In this document: piece after piece, positions 35,368 to 50,093 of the stretch
How positions within the stretch are numbered: position 1 is the first letter of the stretch
Layout: every line of letters starts with the position of its first letter
From: Amoebophrya sp. A120
Lineage: Eukaryota > Protista > Dinoflagellata
DNA length: 64,000 nt
Assembly (NCBI GenBank): GCA_905178155.1
Contig: CAJINV010000003.1
Span: forward strand, 4,307,835-4,371,834
Direction of reading: 5' to 3'
The notes under the pieces: generated by a model
Told to the model about the DNA's origin: nothing
What the model saw: only the letters and a program-made list of their open reading frames with translations
Databases searched by the model: none
Program-made: the position numbers and the translations under genes

Positions 35368-37138
35368 CCCTGTCTTCGACGCTGCGGCTGCTGGGCCCGG
35401 TAGCTCTGCAAGGCCCGCAGCCCCGCCTAATGAGTGCGCCGGCTTATTAATTGGCACGCAGACACAGGCCGGCAGCCCCCGATAAGCCTGGGGCCCTTGC
35501 GCGCACGGCAGCAGGCTACCACCGCCCCGGCCTTCGCGTCCGGCAGATGTGCGCCGCCTGAAGCGCCGGAACCTTGGAACGGTATCGCAGTCCAGAAGCG
35601 CCACAACAGCCGCGCGAAGCCCATCGCCGGGCCGCTTCGTCCGCCACGCCCCGCGCTATTTGCCCCCTAGCTACTTCCGCGGCGGCGGCGCCGTACCTGC
35701 CGGAACCTTTGAGCCACTGCGCCGGAAGCGGTTGCTGCAGCAGCGTGGGCAAATCCGCCAGGGTCCGAAGAGTGGCGAGCGTAGCACGGCTACCAGCCCG
35801 GGGGCGCGGGGGCCTACCCTTTGGCGCCGGGACTGGCTCGAGAAACCCCGCCCGGCCCCTTCGCGGGTTTCGGCGCTGTCGCGGAGCCTGCCAATGGCAT
35901 CCGGTTAAGTCCAGCACAACGCAGGCGGCCGCTGCTAACTCAATGCACCGCCGGAACAGGGTGGGCGGGATGAGCGCGCTTGGGTGCTCTCATCCATTTC
36001 CACCAAGCTGTCCCCCGGAAGGGCGGTAAGGCTCTCAGGGAGGTCAACATCCCCCGCGCCCCCATCGACATACATATAAGAATCGACACCCGCCCCGCTG
36101 CCCGCCCTCGCTCCCCTGTCTCCGGGGGTGGCCTGCGGCCACGATTCCAACGCGCCAGTAGCGAAAGCGAATCTCCCGCAGCCCCCACACTTCGCGGAGC
36201 ACGCCGATGCCGGGAGCAGTCCGCGTGGCGCCCTGCGGACTTCCGGCCCATCGCCGACGCCCCGTGTCGTTCTGGCGCGTGCGTGCGGAGCGGTAGGCTG
36301 TTCGGCCGGCCGCGGGCGGGGGCGTTGGCCGGGCAGGGCCGGGCAGGGCCGGGCTGCGCGGCTTGCAAGTGGTGCCCGGCGTCGGTCCCACCGGAGGGGG
36401 AGCAGGTAAGGCGGTGGCCGGGAGGCCTCGGCCACCCTGCCTCGGCGGGGGGGCTGGCGTGGGGGCATACAGAAGCCCCGGCGGAGCCGCCGCGACTTGG
36501 GTGCAGTGGCGCCTCATATTTAGCCGCCATCCCATGAAAGAACACGCCCGGCGTCATCAGCCCACCCCCATTCTGATAGCTTTTCTGGTCTTCCTCGCGC
36601 GCGTCCCGGAGCGGCGTCGCCGACATCCTAAGGAGGCGGGCGGCCCAACAGGCTGGCCATTCTGCGCCCGCGCACGTTGAAAGCGGAGCCCGCGCCGCTG
36701 GGCATGTAGAGGGGCACGGGCCGGCCCATCCAGCCTGTTCCCAATACAAGGCGCGCGGCGGGGTTCAAGGCTCTGGCGCTGAACCGCTGCAGTCGCGCCG
36801 ATGTTGCGAGGCCCCCCCAGGACGTTACTGCAAACCCGCATACGTGCTGGACAAGGGCCGTCGCCGTCTATGGCAAGGTGGGGACGCCCTCGCCCCAGAT
36901 TCGCCCCGGCAACTGCCGAACGACCCCGCGCGGCGGACGCCCCCGAGCCCCACATGGCCGAGGTGTGGCCGCATTGCGCAAGCTGGACCGAATCAAACGC
37001 CGAGGACCCGGGGCGTGTTCTCCAGCTTGTAGGGAAGCCGGACCGGGCGGCGCCGACGCTGCGGGAGGCTCGCGGGGGTCCTTTTTTACCCGCGTGCGGC
37101 CACTCTGCTGGTGAGTGATTTTTTCTCAACACTTCCTC
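35368..37138. mobile_element. GC-rich island, probable decayed retroelement fragment
   Basis: Abrupt GC increase relative to the flanks, with CTAG at both edges (35364-35367 and 37139-37142). No coherent ORF. Minus-strand fragments YMYVDG, IELAAA and INKPAHSL occur in RNase H motif order but in different frames. Confidence 0.4.
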
Positions 37139-37432
37139 CTAGAGATGAACGAGCATGGCGATCTTTTCTTCTTCAACAAGAACCTCATTGACGTCATTGG
37201 AACACGGTTCATTTTCGTCGAAAGCAGCTCTCTAGGTCCGACTCCGACCCTGGACAGCTCTCATAATTATCGGAAAAGCGGTAGCGCAGATGCATCATTA
37301 GTAAACAACATATGATCCTGCTCAATCTTGGAAAACTGAGCAGCTCCGGGAAAAAAAAGTCGCAGATTGTAGGAACGATCAAAATATGGAGTGATCACGC
37401 AGCAACAAGAAATGGAAACGTAGGTCATCATG

Positions 37433-39653
37433 TTATTGCTTAGGCATATCCTCGGTGGACGGAATTCCGTTTTCCCAGTCAAATGCCTTTTCCAGCTCCG
37501 TGATCTTGGCTCCCTGGATCAACGCCTCCTTCACCCAGGTGGGCGGGATGATCGTTTTCCCACCGCTCTTTTTGCATTTGTTCGTCGCCGGGTAGAGGTT
37601 TTGTAGAAAGTCCACCACCCACGCTTTGAAGCGGCTCTCCAAAATCGCCTCCCGCATGCTGGTCATTAACCGCATCATAAACCGGATGTTGTGGATGGTC
37701 AGCAGCGTCGCCCCCGCCGGGTTGGCCTTCTCGTTCTTGGCCACGATGGACGCGAGAAACGACCGGCTGTAGGTTTTACACGTGTAGCAGTCGCAGTCCT
37801 CCTCGATAGGCAGGTTGTTTTCCGGCTTCGCCGCGTCGCTGCACTTGGCCAGCCGCAGCTGTCCCTTCCAGGTGAGCGCGGTGCCGAACCGGGCGGTCCG
37901 GCAGGGGTACACACAGTCGAACATGTCCACGCCGAGGGCCACGCTGACCACAATGTCCAACATGTAGCCCACGCCCATGCAGTACCGCGGTTTCAACCGC
38001 GGCAGGCCGTCTGCCTCCTCGTCCGTGCACTGTGCGACGACCCGCCAAAACTCGTGCTTGCTCTCGCCGCCGGATAAACCGCCAATTGCGTACCCCGGAC
38101 ACGAGTCGCCACGCGCCTGTGGGTGTGTATGGAGTGAAGATGATGTCTTGGGTAGGAGGAGGTGCACAAACAGCACGGGTTGCTGGAAAAGCAGTAAACA
38201 TACACGCGCCTCCTCTGTTTCTCTTGACAGAAACAAGAAGAGGAAATTTCCTTCCTTCTCAGAGATCTTGGTGAGAACAAATGTTTTCTCATCCGCAGGC
38301 AGAGCGCGTGCGTCAGAAGTAGCAAGTATTCAGATGTGGTTTCTCATCATAAAAGGTGAATTTGTTGCGACGAGAAGCTGAATGTGTGTCGTTCATGCAG
38401 TATCTATAGTATCTGCATGTCGTGCAAGAGCAAGCTGCAGTTATAGTAATAAAACATAACACGAAGTTGAAGAGCGTGGTAAGTACCTTCAAATCCGCCA
38501 GGCTTATTTTCCGGAGGTCCGCATGCAGGCCGCCCTGGACGATGGCGAAGAGGTTCTGCCGGTCCGGGTTTGCGTGTGCCTTGATGCAGCGATCCAACCA
38601 GCGGGTCGTCCGGTGGGTGGCCTCCTCCACCCGGGCCTTGTCCGGCTCGCAGGAACTGACCACATCGTCCAACTGCATCATGATATCCGAACCGATGCTG
38701 TTCTGACTTCGGATACTCTCCTCTGGGGTGAGCAACATCATGCTGCCCGGGTTCTTCGGGTCCTCGAACTCCACACCTTCCTCCGTGATCTTTGCGAGTT
38801 TCAGCAGGGATACCATTTGAAACCCGCCGCTGTCCGTCAGGATGTTTCGGTCCCACTGCATGAAATTGTGGAGCCCGTTGCACTTATCCAGCCGCGCACA
38901 GGTGGGCCGGTTCGCTAGGTGGTAGGTGTTTCCGAGAATGATCTGTGGGCCCAAATCGGCCACCTCCTGACTCAGGAGCCCCTTGATGGTCCCCTGCGTG
39001 CCGACGGGCATGAAAACAGGAGTGCGCACTGGGCCGTGCGGGAGCAACAAGGTCGCGGCGCGCGCTCGTCCATCCTGCGCCTCCAGGGTGTAGGTCAAAC
39101 ACCGAGACGACTGGCTCTGAGGAAAGGAGGCTGCGGGTCTGGGAGGTCGGTCCGCAGCTAGTTGTACTGTTGCAGGAGCCGCTTGAAGATGCGCGTTGTC
39201 ATCTGCCGCAGCCTTCACGATCTGCTCTTGTCGCCTGGGACTACGACTGCGCTCGCGTCTTTCCTCGGTCAAGCTTTTACCGTCCTTGGTGTGGTCTGCT
39301 AGTACCTGTCGCTGTTTGATTGTCGGGGCGTCGTCGTGCTCGTTCACATCCTGGGAAAAACTAAGCTTGCCGCAGTGCGACCCAGTTGCGCGCTCGAACT
39401 GAAGGAACGTCATGACTCTACTCACTCTCTGCTTGGAAGCTTGTACTCTTTTTGTTTCGAAAAAGCTATCCGAAGCTACATACAGTACCTCTAAATCTCT
39501 GATGAGAACCTGGAATACAATTGCATCCACATTGTCTTCAATGATCGGAGCTTTCTTCTGATTGAGGTACAACCACCTGCAGAAGGATCTCGCATGCCTC
39601 TTCTGATCCTTTCCCTCTGCGTTTTCCCTGCGGGCGTCGAACGTTGTTTTCAT
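37433..39653 (-). CDS. QTRT1: Queuine tRNA-ribosyltransferase catalytic subunit (eukaryotic TGT)
   Basis: [57 protein letters not shown] and Zn site CDCYTC...HN. GT-AG intron 38486-38117. The true start may be ATG 39413. Confidence 0.95.
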
Positions 39654-40538
39654 GGGGATCGTTCCTTTATTAGCTTCACTGATCTTAACCGTCGTGGATC
39701 CAGTTTTTATATCTTTAAGATCTTCACATGATTTCAGGATCGCCCTGAAATGGATCTTGAAACTGACACTACTTTCTGTGCAGCATCTGTTTGCCTTACA
39801 TACCTATCATCGCACGGGAAAGTGGTCGGGGCTTTTGTTGACAGACGCTGCAACGGAGAAGCAGAGCGCCTATTCTTTCTATTTCGTTTTTCTTTTTTTT
39901 TTTATTTCTACAAAAATCTATATCACCATGCTGCTTTTATGTTGTCCAAATTCTGTTGCTGTGGTACACCAATTAATGCTGAAGTCGAAAATTTCCCGGA
40001 ACCAAAACATCCCCTTTGCCGAATCGTCTGGCTCCCGGATATACTACTTAATTCGTGAATCTGTCCTTGTCTAAATCTGGTGAATCGGACCTAGAGAAGA
40101 CGAGTGTCTACTTGATGTTTCTGTTTGTTTGGATAATTACATCGTTGACATTCATTAAACGAGCGGAAAATTGACATCTTTACCGGAAATCATACATGCT
40201 AAAGTGAATGCTTTATCTAATTTTGAGAATGTGTGTATAAAACTTTCAATTTCATTTGAGGTTGAGTCGGGTTACATGCGCCGAAAAAAAATGAAAATGC
40301 TCTTTCTATTCTGTACAACGAACTCGCACGACATAGATCACAATGTGTATAAATTTGAGGTGGTCACGAAGTCAAGTCGCGTGGACTTCCTTCGGAAGTG
40401 GGTTCTAGGGAAAAGAGTCTCAGGCAACATCGGTTGGAAAACAGTACACCCACGATATGTGGGGTCCATTTCAATGATTCTAAATTGTCGCTGGAATTCA
40501 CCCCCCTGAACAAGAACTGCAAAAGCAACGGTCGTTTA

Positions 40539-43500
40539 TTACCGATGCTTGTTTTTCTCCGCCTCCGCTAACGACTTTTTGTCTGAGTCCTTTTCTGCAT
40601 CGTAGACGAGACGGAAACTTTTTTCCCCCGGAGAGATCATTCGCTCCACTAAATCATTGGCTTGTCCGGCAGGCGATTCGGCGTAGAAAAGCTCCACATC
40701 GTCGCAAGCAGCTTTTTCGTCTTGGGCGTCGCAAAGAGAAGTGGATGTTCCCCTGTTTTTTTTCAAACTAGTTTGCAAAAGCGTCCGCGGACTCGTTTTC
40801 CGGTACGTAAACGATGGAATCTGGCGCTGGGGTCGGTGAGCGTTTACTACGAATTGCGGTTCCGCGTTCTTTTCCTGCAAATTGATGTCAACACCGGTCT
40901 TGCCGACGCCCGCGTCACTGGCGAACATAAATGCCCTGCTCGTGTGCGTCTTCGCCGCTGTGTTAACCCGACTGGACGTCTTATGCTTGCTTTGCCGGTC
41001 CTGTTCCTGCTGACCCGCCACGGTAACTGCTGCTCCAGAACGGTCTGCTTGTTGCCTCGATGATGCCTTCAAGGTCGTGGTGGAAGCGCTGCTGCGAACG
41101 CTTGTCCCAGTTGAGACGGCCGAGGTTCTAGATGCCGAAGATAGCAGCGCTCTGGACACGGCGATCTCGCCCTCGGCTCTTGCTCGCACCTGCGGGCCCG
41201 TACTGGGCGGGACCGCTTCCTCCGGAGAAGGGACAGCATCGTACTGCTTTTGCAGCTGCTCTCGCATTTGCCGCAAAGTGAGCCACACTTTCTTCTTGTC
41301 TGCCTCGTTTTTTGCGCTCGTGGGACTCCGCGGCGGTGACGCAGAGCGCATGCGCAGCCGGGTTTCTTGGGACGCGCGCGTCACTTCGGAGATGCGTTCC
41401 TTCAAAGCGATGGACTGCTTCAGCATCTCCCCCACCTCGGTGCCAGAGGACGCAAGTCCGAGATCTTGTGCGGATGTCATCTGCTGGTTACTAGAGCCCC
41501 GCGGACTGCTTTTGCTGCCCCGCGGACTGCGGAATAGTGCGTCGCTCTGCCGATGAATCGTGGAATTTTTATTTCCACCCCGCGCGGAAAGATCGGCGCC
41601 AATGGAAGAAGACGACGAAGAGCGCATCGGACGACTACTAGAGTCCACTGCTGCACCAGCAGCACCGGGGATCTTCTTGAAGTTCGTCCGCCCTCGAGCT
41701 TCGTTGCGAACTTCAGCTCGGGGAGGTCCTGCTGTGAACTGCACGGTGTTCTTCATTTTTGGCGGCTTTAGCGCCGTATTGGCGGGTGGTGCAGCACCAG
41801 CCCCAGTTTGCTCCTCCTCGCGCATGAAAACTCGGCGAACTCGGTCTGGTATGCGTCGATTCAGATTCTGCTCCTTGCTTGCATTGTAGCTGTTACCATT
41901 GTTGCTTTTCAAGCTCGGAACAAGATTCTTGCTGGCACTCTCAGACGCTCGCGAACGCGCTGAAGCTGTGCGGTCTTTGGGGGTAAAGTCTGCCGGACTG
42001 TCGATTTGGAGCTGGCTCTTGCTGGAGCTCCTGCTCGCGGTGGACGTTGGAGCAAGCTTCTCTTTCCGCACTGTGCGCCCGATTTTTATTTTCTCTTCGC
42101 GAAAGGACTTTATCTCCGTGTCGACATCGCGGACCGCTTCCGCCTTCATCGTGACCCAGCGACGCACGCCTTCGTCCTTGCTCTTTGGGTCGGAAGCTGC
42201 ACCTCCACCCGCAGCTCTTACGACCGGCGCGCGCTTCTCTCTGCGAGTTCGCAGGTCAGGCTTGGCGCGCTCAAATTCGACAACAGCCTCGGCAGCACTG
42301 TCACGCGCTTGCCTGGAGGTCGTGGAGCCGCTTGCCAGATGAGAATCCGGTACTACAACTTTCCGAGTTGACACTTCTCCCTCCCCCCGGAAAAATCGCC
42401 GCGTTTGCAACGACGTGGCAGGAGAACACGCCCGGCGGTTGACTGGAGAGAGTTGCGCAGCGAGCTCTTCCGTGCGGGGGGAGCAGGTCCTTTCCGGAAT
42501 CGTCACGTTGGGTCTAGTACTTGATGTGTGCAAGAACTTTTCATGCCCGCCAGAAGTACCCACACCGCCGACCGCAGGCTGCTCCGCCGCAGGTGAAGAC
42601 ATCAAAGCGCCGCCGAGGGACCGTGCCGAGGGTGAGGTCTTCATCACGGTTTGTTTCATTTTCTCGGAAGCCAAGCTGTCTACGCGACTTATGGCCGCGG
42701 TTTTGCTGGGGCTGCTCCATCCCAGATCGGGGCTCAGGCCGCCGAGGTCCACGAGGTCGTCAGCAAGCGCCTCCGTCTTGTGTTTGGCGGTCACCGCGTT
42801 ACCCGAAACGTGGTAGCAGTGCTCCTGCAGCAGGTGGTGCCGACGCCCCTCGAGCATCCGCCGATAGAACTCCTGCGTGGCGAGCTCGCGCCGTTGGTCG
42901 AAGACCTGGCTGCGCGCTTGCGGTCGCGGCTCTCCGTTATCGCGAAACTTGCACTCCGGCGGAAACCTGCACGGAATTCATTACTATGGGGGGGAGACCA
43001 GTAAAAACGTCCGTGGACGTCGACAAAACAAAGACGATATGAAAGATCAAATACTGATGAATCCACATGCAGCTCTAGTTGTCATAATTAGAGACTTCTT
43101 TCTTACATCAATACAATTCTACGTAAAAAAGCCTACTTACCCGGGGAGGGCTTCTTCCCAGTCGCGGGTGGAAGCCCAGTACTTTTGCTGCACGGCTTCG
43201 GCGAACACCTTTCCGTTGCGAAGTGGACTGCCAGACGATCCGGAGGGAGCAGCGCCATTCCCGTGGTCCTGTGCTAAATTTCCCTCTTTGGAGGCCCGGT
43301 GCACGGCAAAAAGGCCTTGCGAAGCAGAAAACTTGTTTGCAAGCGGGGATGGTGGCGTCGAGGTTTTGTTCGCACCCCCGCGCGGGGAAAGCACTTGCCC
43401 GCGGCTCGTCAACACCTCCGCACGGGCTGCTTCCCGACCCTCCGCCTGGTCGTCGGAGTGTTCGTCCGGGACCTCTGAGTCGTCAATGACATGGTCGTCA

Positions 43501-46500
43501 ACGCCGACCGCCAGCGCTGCATGCGCTGGTAGATGCGCTTCTCCAGAAACAAAATCCTCGACATGATGGTCGGGGTAGTACGCCAGGATATCCTGCGGGT
43601 GTGCGACTTTCGGCGGCATCATCAGCGTGGTCGGATCGAAATCGTACCCGTCGATCCGCATGATGCTCCCCGTTCCAGCCCCGTCTTGCCAGGCTCCGGC
43701 GCTGCTGCCCGTGGGGCCGCCGGGAGTAGACACCAAAATCGTCGGCCGATTTGTCACCGGGCCCGGACGGGTGAGTCGCTCGTTGTTCGCAGGGTCGGAA
43801 AGTTCGTCGCAAAGAACCTGTGCCGCCGGTGAAATTCCAACTCGGTGCTTTATTTCGGATGGTGCCAAGGCGGCTGCACTACTTGCCACTTCGTCGAAGA
43901 TTTCGACTTTCTCAACCGCTTGATCCGCCAGAGCTGCCACATAGGTTTCTGGCGGGGCAGCAACTTCGCTCACGTGTACTTTCTCTACGGCAGCATGCAG
44001 CTCATGCTCGACATCTTCTTGCTCATGAAACCCTGGCGCTGCGCTACTGCTGCAATCCGCCACGTCGGAGGCCGGCAGGTTGCCAGCTTCTAAAAGTACA
44101 CCGACCTCCTCAGCAGGAGCAGCACAAGTCGTACCGTCCGCAGCAGGTGCCAGCACCTCTGTTGAGTCGCCCTCAGCAACCGCAACTTCTTCTGCCGGAG
44201 GTGGCAAAACCTCCAAAGCGAATGTCAAAACCAGCTCGGTGGCGCGGAGTCCCTTGTTGACATCGGTGCCGACCGCGTGCACTAGGTGCCGCAGGTCATT
44301 CGTTCTCTGAACCAAATCGGCGTCGGACGCCGACGGCACCTGCGCTGAGCTCAGGTTGCCCTTCTGCGTCACCTCGGAAGCCACCAAATCGAGCACTTCA
44401 AGCACTTTTGCGGCGTTGACCTGCCGCAGCTCCGTCAGCGACAGCGCCTGGCCGGTTTCCTGGAAATTCGTCAGCAAATTACGTTCGTTGATGGAGCGAA
44501 TCCGTTTATCCCGTAAACTCGCCTTCAGCCACGCTTTCTGCGCTTGCGCATCAGGCCCCTGCATCAGCACTGGCAGCCTTGGTATCAGATACGTGTGCTC
44601 CATGTAGTGGTGTAGCGGAATCTCGCCAGTTGCTTTCTTCTGTCCCAGGGCGAGCGAGTCCACGTCAACGCGCGTGCTTCCGAGACCATCGGGTTGTTCC
44701 TGAATAGGACGTCGAGGAGCACTATTCGCCCCATTGCCGCGCCCGCCGGCTGCGCGGCGGCTTGGGGAGGACGAGGAGCCCCCGCCTTGGCAAATACTAT
44801 CCGCAGTGTCGTCAGCCATCCACACACCCCCAGCCTCGGAATGAGGATCGCGTTTGGATTTGTTTCGGTCGCGTTGTTCATCAGGAGACAAAGTTGCTAC
44901 CGTGTTGTGGAGAAGAGATGGATCGTCGCGACGCGGTTTGATGGGCGACGGGTGGTCTGGAAGTAGATGCTGCTGGGCCTCATCATCTACTCCGGATCCT
45001 CCGAGACTCGCTGCGCCAGCGCCGCAGTCTGGAAAGTAATCCTGCGGGGGTGTCAGGTCCCACGGGTCTCGCCTCTTTCCTTGGGTATGGTAATTGCGCC
45101 GGCCCATGTCGACGGGCGCCTTCCTTCGCAACTTCGGTCTAGTCGACATAGATGCGGCTTGTTCTGCACTTTTGGAATTTGACCGGGAACTGCCCGTATT
45201 TTGCCGCGGTTTCATCTTGCTCGAATTTCTTGACGTCGTCTTCCCGTCTGTTGCAGGTGCGTCCTGGTCATCCTCGGCTTCCCCCTCTTCTAGTAGACAT
45301 TCGTGGTTAATCACGTTGCTAGAACTTGTGATATTTTGCGGAACAAGGTTCTTCGGGGTGTTCGTGTTCTGCTGGTTCGACTCGATTTCATCATCGTCCT
45401 CTCCTCGACGGGTACTAGAGTACGCCTGCTCACTGAGTCTGACAGCTTCCGCGCCGTGTTCCACAAATTGTTCAACGTCTTCACCAGTGGACGCAGTTGG
45501 CTGCAGCATAACTGGCACTGCACTGCAGGTCGCGTCGATTGTTCTTGATGCGTTGAGCGCTACTTCGCCGGACTCCAACGTGTGGTCGGGCGGCACGTGT
45601 TGCTCCGCCAACTCCAGCTCCACGAACGGATCATGCGCCGCGCCGTCCCCGGTGCCTGCAAGCTGCTCGTCGTTCGGCAGCGCATGAGGATCGATACGTT
45701 CATCTACTTCACCTCCAGGCGCTAACTGATTCCCTGGCACAACTTCCGGATGATGCGCGAGCCCTTGCACCGGCGATTCGCCGCCTCGGTGTTGCCGGAG
45801 AACCGTGGGCAGAACTCGAGGCGAGATCGCATAAGGCGAAGGGAGTGCAACCCCGGGGACCAGTAGCTTCTTGCTTGCCTGCGGAGGAGCCATCATCTGC
45901 GGCGCAGCAGAGCCACAGGCTGCAGCTGCGGCAACGCTCATCCAGTGATAACCCTCGGACGGCGTACTCGAGATCCGGCTAGTGTTGTGGTCGTCGCTGG
46001 TGCAGGAATTGTCGCCGCTATTCGGGCCTGAGGACTGCACAAACATGCTGTTGCCGGTAACCAAATCTATCATTTGGTGCGGGCCCCGAGAAGAACCTGC
46101 AGGAGGCCCGAAAGAACCCGGCGAAAACGATTGGTGAGCCGCTTTGTTTCCGGTTGCAAGTGATGGCGAAGGTCCGCCCCGCGGCGCAACCACTTCTCCT
46201 ATGCCGGGATTCAAAAAAGACCCCACGCTCCCTATAGGATTCAAGACTGGAGGTGGTCCTGATGAAGCATGGCTTGCAGTTGCTCCTCCGATTGCTGGTG
46301 GTGGCCCGCCCACAACCGGAAGAAGCAGCGGGCTCGCTGTTGAAGAAGTACCATTGGTCGCGACTGCGTCGCTAGCCGTGGTGTGCTGATGACTATTCGG
46401 ATCTTCCTGGGAGGCACCGCGACGCACCTGCTGTGCCGCCTGTAGCTGCTCTTCCTGTTCCTGTTGCTGTTGAAAAAACAGCTCAAGCCGAGCTTGGGAT

Positions 46501-46541
46501 TTCTCCGCTTCTGCCTGCTTCGCGCGCGCATAGTCCGTCAT
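40539..46541 (-). CDS. Very large low-complexity hypothetical protein (~1940 aa, 2 exons)
   Basis: ORFs 43137-46541 and 40539-42857 join in frame through a GT-AG intron (~43140-42968; EALPG|FPPECKF). Ser/Ala/Pro-rich, no recognised domain. Confidence 0.7.
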
Positions 46542-47556
46542 CTATGTCGTGTCTTTGCTGTTCAATGCCGATTGCACTCTGACTCCACCGAGACTCTGCT
46601 AGCTACAGCTACACGACTGTGGATTGATGTAATCTGCGCATTTCCAAATAGAGCAAGAGCGCTGTCGAAGTAACATCAACATAAACTGTTTTCTATCCAA
46701 CATGGCTATCTCTAACAAACTCTTGTGGAGAGAGACAATAGTTCTGCGGGGTAATCAATGGGACGGGATGAGGAATCAATATGGGTGGATTGAAAACCTT
46801 AACATTGTGCTACTTTTTTTGTTGGCACTCGAATCTTCGGTGGGCCCCTGTCATGAACGCAAAACTCATCCCGACTTTTACACTGAATGCGAAAAAACTA
46901 AATCTAAAAGAAGAGCAGAAAAAACGCATACGACCACATTTTCGACCTGAAGAAACGAAGCTGCTCCTGAGCATGACTTATTGAGCGAGGACACCACCAA
47001 GAACCATACACCACATAAAAAACCGCCACCGAAGTCTTGCAACACTTGAAGAAAAAAACAGCAAAACAAAGAAGATTGATGAAATTATACCGATATGCAA
47101 ATTGATTTGATGATCACTTCACGATTCAAAACTGTTCAAAAGTGCCCCTTATTTGCATTGAGCCCCCCCCCCCCAAAAGAGAGAAGAATGGCAATCAACA
47201 CTCGACTTCTGCAAAATCACCTTGCCTCAGCTTGGCCCCTCTCTTCTCATCTTGTGTTATTCCCCATGAAACCAATCAATGACATTTCTCAGATTCACAT
47301 TCATTTGTGGTGGGTTCATTTTCTCGCTTCGCGGCAACGTCCACGCGAAGCATGCTCGTACATTTTTGATCTCTACGAAAATGGAGAGAAACAACATTTA
47401 TTGAAATACCTGTGTGATACAACAATATGAACAACAGCACGGACACTCATCTTCTACCCTCATTCAACGATGCACAGCACGTTGAAAATTATTCAAAAAT
47501 CATGTCGATTGGGATTGCATTCATAATTTAAATTTTTTCCGTCCCGTATTTCCTGC

Positions 47557-50093
47557 CTAAACGACAATCTCCGCGGTTTTGTCGAGCGTCTGTTGCTGTG
47601 CCCCAATCGCAGTGCAACCCAGGCGTGCGAAAGGCCCGACATCCCCGACCAACTGCGTGTCGCCGCACAGTTCTATGAAGTCGATCGAAGTTTCCCCCGT
47701 AGAAGCATCGTACACCAAATCCACTTTACACATTCCCGCATTAGAAAGCTTTAGCTTTTTCAGGTCGGCGTGCACCTTCGCCGCCGGGCCGTCAGTGGAG
47801 GTTGAAAGCGGGTTCAAAAACTTGCGGAAAAGTTCGCGGAAATAGTGGGAGTGACCCACGACGAGGAGCGGCAGCGGGGGCTTTGTGTCCTTTGCTACAG
47901 GAGTTGGAGGTTTATTCACACATCGCGTAGCGGGATCTTCAAGATCATCCACGAGCAATTCGTTGCACAGCGCAAGTTGAAACGCAAAATCTTGCAGCCG
48001 CGCTTCCAAATCTGCAGAAGACTCACTCCAGTCGGTCCACCACTGCTCCTGTACTTGCCGCAAGTCCATCGCCTCTCGTCGCAACATGGCAGCCGGCGTC
48101 GTGGCTTTGCCCTCCTCACCGCTGCTGGTCAGTAGCGCTCGCATTTCCCCTTCCAAGACTGTGACCACGTCTTCCCCGACCGCGATGCCTTGGCTGTCGA
48201 CCGAGGCAACGGAATTTTTTTTCTCGCGAGCGCTAGGGAGCAGCACAAGGCGTGAAATTCGTTCGACACCGAGCCCAATCCAGGCCGTCTGCATGGCACG
48301 AGTCAACGGCGAACAAAACACGTCCACGGCTTGCTCCTTACCTGACGAGTTATGAATGTTTCTACATCAAAAAGCTTCTTTCGTCGCGGAAAGCAAAGCC
48401 GAGGTCAAGAATTTCTTCGTCTCCCGGCGGAAACTAGAGCAATTTGGGGCGGGCACAGTCTACTACTCAAAAAACCTCTATGTTGGTGCATCAGTTCAGT
48501 CAAATAAGGGGTTTTCCATCAATCGTTACATCTGTGAGTAGACGGTAAGTTAGTACCAAATTCCCGATCGACAATTTTTTGCAGATGCTCGCACTGGTGC
48601 TTTCCCGCTTGACTGAGCGGCGCGTCGAATAAGCTGGGCATGCGCCAAAACAACCCGTTATCCTGCGCTTCATTCCACAGGCTTTCGCCATGGCGGATTA
48701 GGTAAACCGTTTTTCGTTTCGGAACACTCGCAGAAGAAACCAATCGGAGCCGAATCTCCATTTCACCCGCTGCTGCGCCGCGGCAGTCACTGGTGCTACT
48801 GGACGAAGCGGCATGATTTGCGTCACTGGTCCCGTTCTTCGCGTCTTCTGCTCGTGGCTGCTTGGACCTGACTGGTGTGGAGGCGATCGTTGTCCCCGTC
48901 GAGTTTTTTGACTCCTCATCTGAGGCCCCCGCGCGCGGCTCGGACTTGCCCTTGCGGGACGGTGAGAACGCGTACAGTAGACTTTCGAACACCGTCGCGG
49001 GCGCCTCCTCGAGTGCGGTTGTCGTAGGCGTCTGGTCAAGAGAGCGTGCGCCTACTTCCGATGAAGAGGCTGCTCGTCCAGCGGCTGCGCCCAGAACCTC
49101 CTGGCTGGTCTTTGCGGTTCTCCTACTTTCCTCACTGATGAGCGAAAAAGTCTGCGAGTTGGCGTTCAGATCACCGAGTGCAATGCGTGCACTTGCAAGC
49201 ACCTCGACAGCTTGTTCACCAGGGGAAGAAGACGTTGCTCCCGTTACGACCGCGGCAGCCGCACTTCTACCCACGCCAACGGCGGTGTTGTTGCTTCGGC
49301 CACTCCTTTTGGCCGCCTTGCACACTTCGACTTCAACGAACAGATTCGACTTCGCGGTGCCATTGTCTGGCGCGTCGTTCTGGAGCCGGCTCGGTTTCTG
49401 CAGCTGGCGACCGCTGTACCAGGTGAGATAGCGCCCGGTCCGTCGTGGGTCCCAGGTGTGATAGGGTCCAGCAGTCTCCTGATTCTTGTCCACGACGTCG
49501 CTGCCCCTACCGACGAGCCGCATGCGAACGAACTGGTGGCTACTAGCAGTCGCACTGGACAGACTACTCCTTCCCGGCTTCGTGGTCCCCGTACGTCCGG
49601 CAGGGGTCGACGGCTCCGCGCGAGATGAAATATGAGCTGGAACAATCGGTCCGCCGATGGTCGACACATCACTGACACGGCCGCGGCGCTTTTGTGGTCC
49701 TATTTCCATGTCTCCCACTGGTATCTCGATTTTCCCCGTGGATATTCGCGCTCGGTCTACTGCGCTTGTTGTCGTTCCGGATCCGGAACCGGAGCTGGCC
49801 GCACCATTGGCGAGTTTTGAGTGGTCAGCTCCGGGCGAGTCGGGCACAAAAACACTAGTGGCCGAGACCCGCTTCCGGAGCGAATTCTGGTGCACACTGG
49901 CAGGACTATCGAAGGCCGTCACATTGTCGTCACAGTCTGGGTCGATGTCGCCAAACGGCTGAAACCGGAGCTCCTCGGCGCGCTCCCGCGCCAATGCGTC
50001 CTGAGAGTGACAGCAAAGAAAGCTGGTCGGCTCGTCTTCTACCCACGTCTTATCCTCCACTTGCTCAACGAAAATGATTACCGGCTCACCCAT
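47557..50093 (-). CDS. Histidine phosphatase / phosphoglycerate-mutase-family protein with a long N-terminal extension
   Basis: VYLIRHGES, DAPLS, VFCSPLTRAMQTA and LVVGHS. Phase-1 GT-AG intron at ~48555-48343. Confidence 0.88.
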
